A DNA stretch of 64,000 bases from Isurus oxyrinchus (taxonomy: Eukaryota): NCBI GenBank assembly GCA_026770705.1, contig JANJGN010000042.1, positions 5,084,001-5,148,000 of the forward strand, written 5' to 3'. The notes below the pieces were generated by a model. That model was not told where the DNA came from, ran no database searches, and was given only the letters and a program-made list of their open reading frames with translations. The position numbers were made by a program, and so were the translations under genes. Below, in pieces: positions 51,800 through 62,896 of this stretch. The first letter of the stretch is position 1. Every line of letters begins with the position of its first letter.

Positions 51800-53620
51800 A
51801 CATCAGCAAGAATGGCTCGATACCTATACTGACTGAGCTGGCCGAGTCACGAAGGACATATCTACCAGACCGTGCCCCTGTAAGGTGTTGCGAGAACACA
51901 AGGAGAAAACTTACTTGAGACAAGGCTCATTACTCTACCTGGCACAGATACATCTCTCCACGTCAGTATTGATGAGAGTGTCCACCGCACTTTTCTTTTG
52001 GATACAAAGACCCATCTTCAGACTGAGAGCACCACCCGCGATGTTGTGTGGCATAATCATCGTGCTAAATGTGATAGATTTGAAGAATATTTGGCAATTA
52101 AAACCGTGTGTCAGTGAGGCCATTAGCTTGAGCAACATTCTCATCCCCCCACAATATGCACGTCATGGGATGTATAACCCTCACTCTACCATTAGGATGA
52201 AGCCAGGGGATCAACGGTTGTTCAGTGATGAATTTAGAGCAGTAGACCAAATGCAGCAACAAGAACATCTAAAAATGGGGCATCAGCCTGATCAAGCTGT
52301 AACATGGTGGAAAATTGCTGAACAAACCCAATGTGGCCCATTGACCCTCAATCATTGTACTCTCAGCCAGCAGCAACCTGATGGAAGGTGTCATTGACGG
52401 AGCAATCAAACAGCAGCTCATCACCAACAAGCTGCTCAACAATGCTCAGTTTAGGCTTCACAAGGGCCTTTCAGTTCCCGACTACATCACGTTGTTGATT
52501 TCAACAAAGACAAACAGCTAAAGTTCTAATATGAGAGTGAATGCCCTTCACATCAAGGTAGCAGTTGACACATTGTGGCATCAAGGAGCATGAGCAACAT
52601 TGCAGTCAATGGCAATCTGGGGGAAACTCATTGGAGTCATACCTAGCACAAATGAAAATGATTGCTGTTGCTGGAGGCCAAAAGCCCCACACCAGAGCAT
52701 CGCTCTCGGACTTCCTCAGGAAAGTGTCCTAGGCCCAGTCATCCTCAGTTGCTTCATCAATGACCTTATTTCCATAATCATGTCAGAAGTCACGATGTTC
52801 ACGAATGTTGGCACAATTTTCAGCATCATTCACGATGCTTCAGATACTGAAGCAGTTCATGCCCCCATGCAGAAAAGAAAAACATTTGGACAATATTAAA
52901 CCTTTGGCTGATGAGTGGAAAGTGACATAACGTGTTACAAGTGCCAGGCAGTGACGATCTCCATCAAGAGAGAATCTAACCATCTCCCGTTGTCATTCAT
53001 TGACATTAGCATTGCAGAATCCAACACCAGCAACACTGTGGGGGCCACAGCAGTAAATTAAGTTAACTGAACCAGCAACATATATGAAGAATCTAGAAAA
53101 GGTCAGAGGCAGCACATTGTATGGCGAGCGATGCACCTCAAGTTTCTTCACAATCTGTCCACAATGTCCATGCAATTTTTAGGAAAGTAATTGAATATCT
53201 CAGCTTGCCTGGATCAGGGAAGTTCCAACAAAACACTTGCCGAGCAGGCCCGAGAAACCACATTATCTTCTCCTAATACTATTTCTTATATTCGGAAGAA
53301 GGAAGACACCATGTAGGAAAAATCATTGCGCCTGATTGGCCATCCCATCCGGCGTTTATAAATCCGTTCCCTCCAGCACCACTGCACAAATACAGCAGTG
53401 TGCACCATCTACAAAATACACGGTGGCAACTCGCCAACTGTTCTTTGACAGCCCGTGCAAGCCCCTGACTACTAACATCTAGAGGAGCAAGTGTGACAGA
53501 CCCATGGAAAGACCTATAAGTTCCCCTCAAGGCCAAACACCACATTGGCTTGGAAATATGTTGTTATTTCTTCACTGTCGCTGGGTCAAAACCCTGAAAC
53601 CCCTATTTTACAGCAATGAA
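51800..53620 (+). mobile_element. CR1/L2-group LINE, degenerate (end of endonuclease plus RT)
   Basis: LPQESVLGP..CFINDL motif; colinear with 12800-14020. Confidence 0.85.
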
Positions 53621-54135
53621 TCATAGGGTCATTGAAATCCACAATACGGAAGAGGGACATTCATCCCAGCGAACAAGCAGTAATCAGCCTTGTCAACTTT
53701 CCAGCTCTTGGTCTGTAACCTTTTAGGTTGTTTCACTTCAAGTTTTTACAACTCTTTCACATCATGAGTTTTGGATTCCCATCATCCTTTGGGTGAAAAC
53801 ATTTGCCGTGACCTATTTACTCTAGAATGAAGGGGTCGACAGTACTTTAGCCAGATTTGTTGATGATACCAAGCTGGAAAAGGAATCAGGTTCTGAGGAG
53901 GACACTAAGAGGCCACAATGACATGTTGGTAAGCTGAGTGATTGTGCTGAAATTTGGCACATGGAATATAAGGTTGGAAAAATATGAGTTTGACTAATTT
54001 TGCCGGATAAGTCGAAAGGCAGCATGTTATTGACTGCAGAATTTTTCGGTGCAGAGAGAACTGCGTGTGTTTGTACACGGATCACACAAAGCATGCGGGC
54101 ACAGCAAGGAGTTAGGGAGGCAAAGAAAATAACCT

Positions 54136-54347
54136 AAAGACAAAACAAAACTGCGGATGCTGGAAATCCAAAACAAAAACAGAATTACCTGGAAAAACTC
54201 AGCAGGTCTGGCAGCATCGGCGGAGAAGAAAAGAGTTGACGTTTCGAGTCCTCATGACCCTTCGACAGTTCTGTCGAAGGGTCATGAGGACTCGAAACGT
54301 CAACTCTTTTCTTCTCCACCGATGCTGCCAGACCTGCTGAGTTTTTC
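54136..54347. mobile_element. Penelope-like palindromic terminal-repeat insertion
   Basis: 15-bp TSD CAAAGAAAATAACCT (54121-54135 / 54348-54362); ~80-bp near-perfect inverted repeat centred at 54269-54270. Confidence 0.8.
54267..54305 (+). ncRNA. Minimal hammerhead ribozyme-like motif (second complete copy)
   Basis: Identical to 28173-28211. Confidence 0.6.
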
Positions 54348-55967
54348 CAAAGAAAATAACCTCTTTTATGCAGCATTGTGTTACCTCAGCTTCCTTTGTT
54401 CAAAAGTAAACAAACCTAACCTATCCTCCCAAATAGCAATCCTCCTGCAGTCGAGGCAATGTCGTCATAAATCTCCGCTGTAACGTTTCTAGCCCAATCA
54501 AATCTTTCATATTGTTCCTGGCCCAGGGCTGCACCGAACACTCTAACTCGGGCCTAACTATTGTTTTACACAGTTCCAGCAGGACGTCTCAACTCGTATA
54601 TTCTATGCCTCGGAGAATAAAGGCAAGAATCCCATCTGTTTCTTGATCAATTTATCTACTTGTCAAGGCACCTTTACGAATATCTGCATTCGATAGTCCC
54701 ACTTTACTTCTCAGTGTCGTATCATTCGTGAATCAGTGGCAGTCACTATCTCAGAATGCACTGGATGCCGGGGTGCTGAATAAATTTAAGGAGGAGAAAG
54801 ACAGATTTTTAATTAGTAATCGGTTGAAAGGTTACAGGGAGAGGATAGGAAATTGGAGTTGAGGCCGAAATGAGATCAGCCATGATCGTAATGAATAGCG
54901 GGGCAGGCTCGGTGGGCGGAATTGCCAACTCTTGCTCCTAGTTCTTATGTTTTATTTACTGTTTATTACTCTATCTTGTTAGCTTTCCTTAAATGCACTA
55001 CCTCGCAAACATCTCTAAGCCATTCTTATGTCTACCTGACTGGTCGATTTCCTGCAGTATACAGCTTTTTGCTCAATTCTTAATCACACAGCTAATTTGT
55101 GTATCATCTAAAGCCTTCTTAATCATGCTCTTTTCAGTCATGTGCAAGTAATTGATATATGCAAGAAAAGGTAAGTGTCCTATTACTAAGGCCTGGGGGA
55201 TACCACTCCCGTTTACCGAAACACCCCGTGTCATTTACCGTTTGCTTCCTGGCAATGAACCAATTTTGGATTTACCTCGCCGCTTTGCCCTGGATCACAT
55301 TGGCTTTTAATTTCAGAACCGCTCTGCCATGTAGAACCTGGTCATTTTAAAATCCATATACACTACATCGAATGCATTGTATCCATCGGCACTCCTTATT
55401 ATATCTTCAAAACATTTATGCATAATAGTCAGACTCGCCCTTCGTTTAACAAATTCTTGCTGTCCAGCTTTGCTTACTCAGTGTCATTCTAAATGTCTCA
55501 TAGAATGTTCTCTTTCCAATACTATTCCCTGCTCCAAGATTATATTCAGTGTCCTGTAATTACTCAGTCTTATACCTTTCTGCGTTTTGAACAAGGGTAC
55601 AACGTTAGCTGTCCTGTCGCCCTGTCTCAGTGCCTGAAGTTGCAAAGGATTATAAAGTAGTGGTGATTCCTATGCCGTGGGTACAGTTCGGGCGAGCCTT
55701 GGCATTTATGCATTTTAAAAGGTATTAAACCGCTTGATACTTTCAAAATGGTGGCAATTCGCCATTTCTAAAGGGGAATTGGGAGTCGGTAGACATGTTT
55801 GACTTAACAACTATTCCAAATCAGTCGATAATAAATAAGTAAAACATTAGAGACTGTCTAATGTAATATAAACCATCCATGCCCATCCCTACATTACACT
55901 AGGCCCTTTTTCAGTTATTGCCGCCTGAGGCAGTGCTGGTTTGGTATGATTTAGGCAAACCAACTTA

Positions 55968-56001
55968 CACTGTCATCTGGTGGCCAATCGTTGCCATTAC
56001 T
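55968..56001 (-). promoter_or_regulatory. CTCF-like site with U motif
   Basis: Reverse complement AGTAATGGC, 6 nt, TGGCCACCAGATGACAGTG. Confidence 0.55.
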
Positions 56002-56639
56002 GCTATCGTGAAAATGTCGACGTTCGTACTGTTGTTGATAGAAACGTATCAACAAACAAATTTGCACTTATATTCCACTCAACGCATTTTTAATGAAAGG
56101 GAATTAAATGCTGTAAGAATAACTGGTGAAGCAAATCCACCTTTGTGGAAGTAACTTGAAAACATTAGGAATAATGTGTCTTGTATGCACACACTCACAG
56201 ACACAAATAGACGCAGATACATATGTTGAGTCTCAGTCACACAACCAGTAACCACGGAAAACGTGAATGTAAAGGCCCTCAGGAGAAACATTCCTTAACA
56301 TTAAAACACGGTGTACAATAGACACAACAGAGATTTCCACTAATCTTTATGAACTGCAATGCGTTCTGGCTCACCTATCCTTCAGTCCCTCAATCCAGTT
56401 CAAATTTTCGAGATTGTCATAAGATTCGACCAGTACTTTCAACAAAACTGTGACATAACACCGAGCAATGGGAAATTGTACACAGCTCCTGATGGCTGTG
56501 ACCAAGACTAAACGTATTTTACAACAAACAAAAATCCATCTTCCCACCGAGTCAAATATATGTTCTTTAATTATTATGAGACATACTTCTCCCTTCATCC
56601 ATCTGTCCATTTACCTATCACAGAAAAAAATGCTGTACC

Positions 56640-57550
56640 ACAATAACTGACATTGGCAATAGATTAATATAAACAAAGTGTCCAGTGCTGTCATTACAGG
56701 AAAGAGGCCTTATTTAACATAAACAGCGATAAGGACTCCTGCACTCTGAGCAGTTTAGTCCATGAATAACTATCGCAGACCCCGTCGAATATAAACAGGG
56801 AGATGACCTCATGCAATTTAAAGGTGGGCATAAAATAGTGCAGAAATAAAGGAGAAAGGGTCTAGTGTAATATAAATAAGGACATGGATGAGTACAATAT
56901 AACCAGACACATGCGTCAGTGCAGCAATAACTGAAAATGTGCCTAGTGTAAAGGATGGATGCGCACAGAGTTTATTGCACCAATGTCCGTGACTGGACCC
57001 AGTAGAATATGGACGGAGACATGGTCAGGTTATGGCCTTGCAAACCCCTTCAGTAACTTGAACACTTCTTTCAAAACATCTCTTAACTCTCTCTGCTCTA
57101 GGATGCTATTTCTATCGTTTTTCCACAGAACGGAAGCCCCGCACCCCATTTTGATAAATCCTTCGACAGCATCTTCAGAACCCGAGAGCTCTGCGACATA
57201 GAAGGACAAGGACAGCAGGTGAATGGAAGCACCAACAACTGCTAGTGCCGCTCCAAGTCACACACAATATTCTGATTTGGAAATATAGATTTTTTTCCTT
57301 CGTTGGTATTGAGTCAAAACCCCAGAGCTCCCTTCCCACCAGCACTATTTTTGGATTTGAAACACACACAAGGCGGCTCACCAACACATTTTCCAGGGCA
57401 ATTAGGTTTGGTTAGTAAATGTCGGCCTTGACAGAAATGTCAAAATCTGAGAACGAAGTAGAACAAGCAATAACTGAGTGAAGGTGTGCTGTGATATAAA
57501 CATAGACATGCTTTGGAGCAGTAATAATTGAGGCAGTATATGTATGTTTT
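56640..57550 (+). repeat. Degenerate satellite arm of reverse-oriented module D (LINE fragments inserted at ~57030-57450)
   Basis: CTAGTGTAATATAAATAAGGACATGG / CAGTGCAGCAATAACTGA units abutting the CTCF-like site at 57571. Confidence 0.65.
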
Positions 57551-57570
57551 CATGGAAGCAATCGCGCTAG

Positions 57571-57604
57571 CACTGCCACCCGGTGGCGAAAGATTGCCAT
57601 TGCT
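57571..57604 (-). promoter_or_regulatory. CTCF-like site with U motif
   Basis: Reverse complement AGCAATGGC, 6 nt, TCGCCACCGGGTGGCAGTG. Confidence 0.6.
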
Positions 57605-57859
57605 GTTACTGTAAAATGCCTTCATCAGTTATTGTCTCTTATATTAACGCACCAAAACCAAGCTACAATGATATACAAGATCATTACATTCTACAGGGGG
57701 TGGCAAAGGATAACAATGCAAAGGATTCCACCTGAGTGAAGCTTTGTTGCGCAAAGAAACATTAGCAAAAGGACAAAGTGGTTCAAATCCTGTTAATTTA
57801 TATTAATGTACATTTATTGGCGTTAATTGAAGGGAGGACTTTTGATCAGGGAACATTTA

Positions 57860-57995
57860 TGTGTGTGTGTGTGTGTGTACGTCTGTGTGTGTGCGTGTGT
57901 CTGTGAGTGTGTATGTGCACGTATGTGTACGTCTCTGTTTGTCTGCCTGTATCTCTGTGTGTCTGCTTGTTCACTTATGTGCCTGTGCGTGTTTG
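57860..57995. repeat. Degenerate (TG)n microsatellite
   Basis: Direct sequence. Confidence 0.9.
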
Positions 57996-58419
57996 TCTAA
58001 ACACATCATTCTTAATGTTTCTATGCGAATTCTGCAAAGGTAAATGATTATGTTTTCCAGTTATGTTTCTATATTTTATTCTCTTTGATTAAAAATATAA
58101 TTTTAGGTCCTGTAATATCCTTAATGTGCATTGATTATCCATTTATTTTGTTCTCATATTTAGATCGCATTGTCCCACCGATCCGTTACCAAGGCAATGT
58201 CTGTCCTCAGAAATCATTTGTGAAAAGTGATTAAATCGGAGCATGCATAACGTGTATGAACACATTGTTCTTTGTGACAGATTGTTAGTTGATCAAAAGC
58301 GCATCTCACGGGACCTTGTATTGATTTCTGCATGTTGCAGTAAAAGTGAGAATCTCACTATCCGTGACCTGAGATTAATAAAACATTTCCTTCAGTCAGA
58401 AAGAAATCGAATTATATCC

Positions 58420-59010
58420 AACAACCATTTGCAACTATATAGCCCCTTTAATGTGGTAAATCGCTGCACGTTGATTCACCAGACCACTAACAGGCCAAGT
58501 CTGACACCGAGTCACGTAAGGAGACACAAGGGTGGATGACCATACATTAGGTCAACGATGTAACTTTTAGTGAGGATAGTAAAGGAGGAGAGAGGGAGAA
58601 GGGGTTTATGAGTGAATTCCATGGCTAAGGGCCAAGGCAGTTGGCAACAAGTGATAAAATTCACGGATACAAAAGATGTGAGAATTCGAGGAGGGAAGGG
58701 GGAGGATTGTGAGGCTGAAGGAGCTGATAGGGATGGAAGTGGTGGTTGTAAGGTCGGGGGAGAGGTGGTGGAGGCCATGGAGGGAGTTTAACAATTGTGA
58801 TAATTTTATTACTGATGCATTCCTTAACCGAGAACCGCTGTGAATCAGGGAGAATAGGGTTGATGGGCCAACTGGACATGTGTGCCTTAAGATATGGGCA
58901 AGAGCATTTAGCTTGAGCTCCTATTTATGGAAGGTGGACTCTGGGGGGATGGTCAGGAAACCATTGGAATATTCAGGTCTAGAAGTGACAAAGAGTTCGA
59001 TGGGAGTTTT
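58420..59010 (-). mobile_element. L2-like LINE 3' fragment
   Basis: Starts with the reverse complement of an L2-type tail (AACAACCATTTGCAACTATATAGC), followed by a purine-rich antisense body. Confidence 0.6.
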
Positions 59011-59029
59011 AATCCACTGCCTATGTCAT

Positions 59030-59660
59030 GTCGACCCAGAAACAGGGAATAATTAATTGGGTTTCTGCTCCTATGTCTGTCGGTGTCATATAGGACCAGT
59101 AACAAATAATCATTCCTAGGGTTTGTGCTCGCATGACTGCCTGTATCAAATAGGCCCAACATCTGGAGATAATGCCCAGGGCTTGTGATTCAATGTGTGT
59201 CTGTGTGACTTGGGACCAGCACCTGGGAATCATTAATATGACGTGTGATTCAAGGGCACTTCGTATCAGATAATCCCTGCACCTATTAGCAATATCCAGG
59301 TTTTGAACAACTAAACGGTCATACATCAGCAAATCCAGGTTCTGGGGACAATTCCCAGCGTTTATGTTCTCTGGTGAGTCTGCTGGGCCCAGGTGCTTGA
59401 TACTAACCCCAGGATTTATGCTCCCTGATGCTTCTAATATCCCCCAGTCTCTAGGAATCACATTCAGGATTTGTGCTCCCTGGAGCGTCAGATGGTTTCT
59501 GTCACAATTGCCTCATGATCTGAAAATCTTTCCCAGGATTCATACCCCGGTACTTCAGAGAGGATACAGGTTCTGGGAAGCAATCTCAAGGTATGAATTC
59601 ATTCGAAATGAACGTTCATATACCCAATGGAGATGAACCTGGACTGTTTGGGCACATTGT
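59030..59660. repeat. Degenerate 60-bp minisatellite
   Basis: Successive 60-nt lines align (CCAGC ACCTGGGAAT...CCAGGGTTTGTGCTC). Confidence 0.7.
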
Positions 59661-60894
59661 TGCTGGGCAGATCTGTGTATAAATAGGTTCCTTTGCTAAC
59701 AGCTGGGTTCTTGTTGCCTTGCTATATTTGATCTGTGAGCAGGAAACTGGTTGTTGAAGTTTCTGCACAGCAGCCACAGATGTTTCCTGTAAATTGAAAT
59801 GTGAATATTCTCTCCTCCCTGATGGTGGAATGCTGGATTCCTGTCACTGCCTGTTGGGCAGAGATATGGGATGAACGTGTTGTTCAACAAACTGGGAATA
59901 AATTTAGCAGCAAATGAATCGTTAGGCAATCTTAATCTAAATTGCATTTCTTATGAGATGATATTAAGGAAACTGCGTTTTGTGTATGGCAGGTGCAGAA
60001 CAGACTAAATGCGGCAACAACAGTACAATGAATTCGGGATTTTAATTAATTAAGGCCAATTTGATTCTGATAATTGCGAAGTTCTTTCACAATCCTGTAA
60101 CATGGAATGCCAGCTGAGCTGGTATCACACAGATATAAATAACACATTAACTACTCTGATACTAAAGTTTGATTCATTTAACAATTTTGTAATTTACCCA
60201 ATGGTCTGCAGACGGTGGAGTCACAATCCCAATCTGGAGACTGGGAACTCATATTATTCACTGAACTGTTAGTACAATTGTAATGGCAGGCTTTATATTT
60301 TCATATATAACCCGTTGGCACATTTGGTCTTGGCACCTGAAAAGCTGAGCACAACTGGCTTGATATCACCATAAATTCAATGATTTCTCATCCTTGGTGC
60401 AAATTAACAACATCAAAAAAAAATCAAACTCGTGATGCCCCAAATCTCTGAATATAATTTATGGTTTAGTGGGGTCACCCAGATCGATATTGTTTTATCT
60501 GCATTGCTAAATATTTCCCAATGGTTTGTGGGATAAATCTGTCACATCAATTAGAAAGATAGACATGGTGATTTAATTCTTAACTAAACAGGGTTCAGCT
60601 GCACTGTGCAGCATCATCACACACACATTCCTCGGTGCAAATCTCAACTTCTCCCATTTAGAATCATTCACTGTGAAATGAAAGAACAATATTCACACTG
60701 GTGACCAGAAATCCAGTGGAAAATTGATTCACGGAGGATTGTTTTAAAGTGAAGCTTCACATTTCACGATGGATTATATCTGAAATTAAGTGACATTATT
60801 CCGAAACTGTCGATGTCTTGGGACAAATATAATAGCTTTCTCTGAACAAATATCAGTAACATTTGTATCTTTTATCACACAGATAGGGGAACAT

Positions 60895-61190
60895 GGAAAT
60901 AAAGAAGACATACATTTAACCAGTGCATTTCACAACCACAGGATACCTTAAAGCGCTTTATAGGCAATGAAGATTTGTTTGTTTATTTATAAACCTATAA
61001 TCACCATTGTATTGCAAGGAAAGACAACCGTGAATTTACGTATAGGAGGATCCAACAAACTGCGCTGTGATAAATCACTAGATAAGCTGATTTTGGGATG
61101 TTGGCTGAACGAGAAATATTGGCCCCAGGGGATCTCTCCCTTCATCTTCGGAATAATTCCATGGGTGTGTTTAGGTCCTTCTGAGAGCAA
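60895..61190 (-). mobile_element. Ancient SINE remnant (DeuSINE/SacSINE-like); related + strand piece at ~45400-45630
   Basis: Recalled similarity to the Deu-domain region (CTTCGGAATAATTCCATGGG...TCTGAGAG) and mutual similarity of the two pieces. Not searched. Confidence 0.45.
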
Positions 61191-61404
61191 TTAGACACTG
61201 AGCACATGTGAGGTGTTTATTGGGAATGTAAAGATTCGCACTGATTCAATTTAAACCTGCTTTGGAGTGAGAGTATCACATCCCAAAGGATAAATAGACA
61301 ATCAAAAAGATATGTTTGTGGAACACGGAATATTAATGGTTAATAATTGTTTATACAGCTGGACTCAGACAGGAAAAAGGAGGAGGAGCCAGGCTGTTAA
61401 CTGG

Positions 61405-61568
61405 GGGAGGAGAGTGACTCCCATTCTGCAGCTTTGTCTCTCTCTCTCTCTCTTATTTGACTCTAGCCAGTATAAATAGCGGGACGGTTCAGCTCCTGGT
61501 TCACAATCCGCAGGTGTCACTGTGACGGAGAGTCACGCTCCCAAGTCAGTTATACCCAGAGACTGAGG
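61405..61568 (+). promoter_or_regulatory. VH promoter / 5' UTR
   Basis: TATAAATA at 61471 (~100 nt before the ATG), AP-1/CRE-like AGTGACTC at 61413, E-box CAGGTG at 61511. No octamer seen. Confidence 0.7.
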
Positions 61569-61614
61569 ATGGGATTTGCGCTGTGCCTTTGCTTCTTCTT
61601 GGCTTACTTCACCT
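61569..61614 (+). CDS. IGHV: Ig heavy-chain V leader exon (L1), MGFALCLCFFLAYFT
   Basis: ATG at 61569, 15 mostly hydrophobic codons plus 1 nt, then a GTGAGT donor at 61615 (phase 1). Typical 46-nt Ig leader exon followed by a 125-nt intron. Confidence 0.93.
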
Positions 61615-61739
61615 GTGAGTATTCCTGACTATATAAGTGATACAATAAAGTCTGCTTCTTGTCTGATATCGTGTTGCTATTTAAGTTCAATGATTTGATT
61701 GTTTTCTAATGTAATTACATTTTTTCCATTCGCTAACAG

Positions 61740-62041
61740 ATGTCCAATCCGCCATCGTGCTGACCCAGCCGGCCTCAGAGACCGCTAAGCCCGGACAATC
61801 TCGCAAACTGTCCTGTTCGGTGAGCGGTTTCAGTTTGGACAGCTACTATGTGCACTGGGTTAAACAAGTTCCTGGGACAGGGCTGGAGTGGCTCCTTGCT
61901 TTCCACAAACCCTCGTCAACCACGTATTACGCACCTGGAGTTGAAGGTCGAATCATCCCATCAAGAACTTCGTCCACAACTTACATTGAGATCAAAAATC
62001 TGAGACCCGAAGACACCGCGAGGTATTACTGTGCAAGAGAC
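61740..62041 (+). CDS. IGHV: Ig heavy-chain variable segment exon (germline, open): (Y)VQS-AIVLTQPASETAKPGQSRKLSCSVSGFSLDSYYVHWVKQVPGTGLEWLLAFHKPSSTTYYAPGVEGRIIPSRTSSTTYIEIKNLRPEDTARYYCARD
   Basis: Pyrimidine tract and CAG acceptor ending at 61739, in frame with the leader. Conserved first Cys, WVKQxPGxGLEW and DTAxYYCAR motifs, no stops, immediately followed by an RSS. Confidence 0.96.
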
Positions 62042-62080
62042 CACAGCGACCTGAACAAGCCCAGAACTCGTACATAAACC
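62042..62080 (+). other. V 23-RSS
   Basis: CACAGCG (62042-62048), 23-nt spacer, ACATAAACC (62072-62080). Confidence 0.93.
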
Positions 62081-62434
62081 GCAGAAGAATAATTACAGTG
62101 AATCATAGGTCAGTATTAGCTCAAAATAGGTTAAGAGATGTGTTTGAACCTCGATTGAGAAGTTACATTTTCCAAAGCAATAAAGTGGCGAAGAATAAAA
62201 ACAAAATGTTGATTAACTCCGTATATTAAAGAGCATAGTTACCGCTTAGAATATGCACAACTGATGACTAGGCGCCAAATCAAAATATTGACAAATTATT
62301 GCGTGAATGGAGATAATTTTAGCCCAAGGTTCTGCTCCTGATTAAAACTCTTGAATGAATTGTAATCAAAATCTGCAAATCTTCTGCTGACTGAAGGGTT
62401 TTGTTTCTTATAGCAACAATCAGTGAGTGAGAGC

Positions 62435-62514
62435 AGTATCTGTGCTGGCTCGTGTCACTGTGATACTACAGTGGGTCACGGTGTTGTGTATAGTGAACTC
62501 CTCATACAAATAGC
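62435..62514 (+). other. IGHD: IgH D1 segment ATACTACAGTGGGT (62463-62476) with 5' 12-RSS and 3' 22-RSS
   Basis: AGTATCTGT (62435-43), 12 nt, CACTGTG (62456-62); D; CACGGTG (62477-83), 22 nt, ACAAATAGC (62506-14). The D core resembles the shark IgM D1 sequence as I recall it (TACTACAGTGGGT). All three frames are open (ILQW / YYSG / TTVG). Confidence 0.92.
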
Positions 62515-62829
62515 CCACAGAGGGACTTTGATCAAATCTGCGATCAATATCACAGCAGGAAAGTCAAAGAAAATAAAATGACCAACAATAAGTGTTTTAA
62601 GGAACACAGATTTACGAAAAAATGTATAAAAGTCTCTGAATTTACTAATTTTGATTGTCTTGCTAAATAGGGGCACAGTTGTTAAAGGCGTATTTCGATC
62701 CGTTTTGTAAACATAATGAAGAGTTCTAACTGAAATATCACAGTGATGTATTCCTCGAGTATTCAGTATCAGGTTTCTCAGACCGCTGTGGATTTGAATC
62801 TCTGTATTTCACATTAAACAGTCCGCCGC

Positions 62830-62896
62830 AGTTTCTGACATGGTGCGTCTCACAGTGATACAGGATGGCACAGCCGTTACGGTTAATGCAAAAACC
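62830..62896 (+). other. IGHD: IgH D2 segment ATACAGGATGG (62858-62868) with 12-RSS on both sides
   Basis: AGTTTCTGA (62830-38), 12 nt, CACAGTG (62851-57); D; CACAGCC (62869-75), 12 nt, GCAAAAACC (62888-96). Confidence 0.9.

Larger units (their letters stand above)
53620..55720. mobile_element. Nested CR1 fragments in both orientations
   Basis: RFVDDTKL remnant (+, 53850), reverse RT remnants at 54370-55700, and a nested CR1 3' UTR at 54750-54950. Confidence 0.7.

Noticed and set aside
12555-55559. Many 60-200 aa ORFs with RT/endonuclease motifs as host genes or intact LINEs
   Set aside because: All are frameshifted, stop-ridden LINE fragments; no intact ORF2 is present.
61518-61524. CACTGTG upstream of the leader
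   Set aside because: No acceptable nonamer at 12 or 23 nt; treated as chance or part of a promoter palindrome.
62027-62033. Embedded TACTGTG (VH-replacement-type heptamer)
   Set aside because: Dictated by the conserved Tyr-Cys-Ala codons found in most VH genes, and there is no upstream donor V in the window.
62739-62745. Extra CACAGTG between D1 and D2 (possible third D)
   Set aside because: No nonamer at 12 or 22/23 nt on either side, and no partner heptamer nearby.
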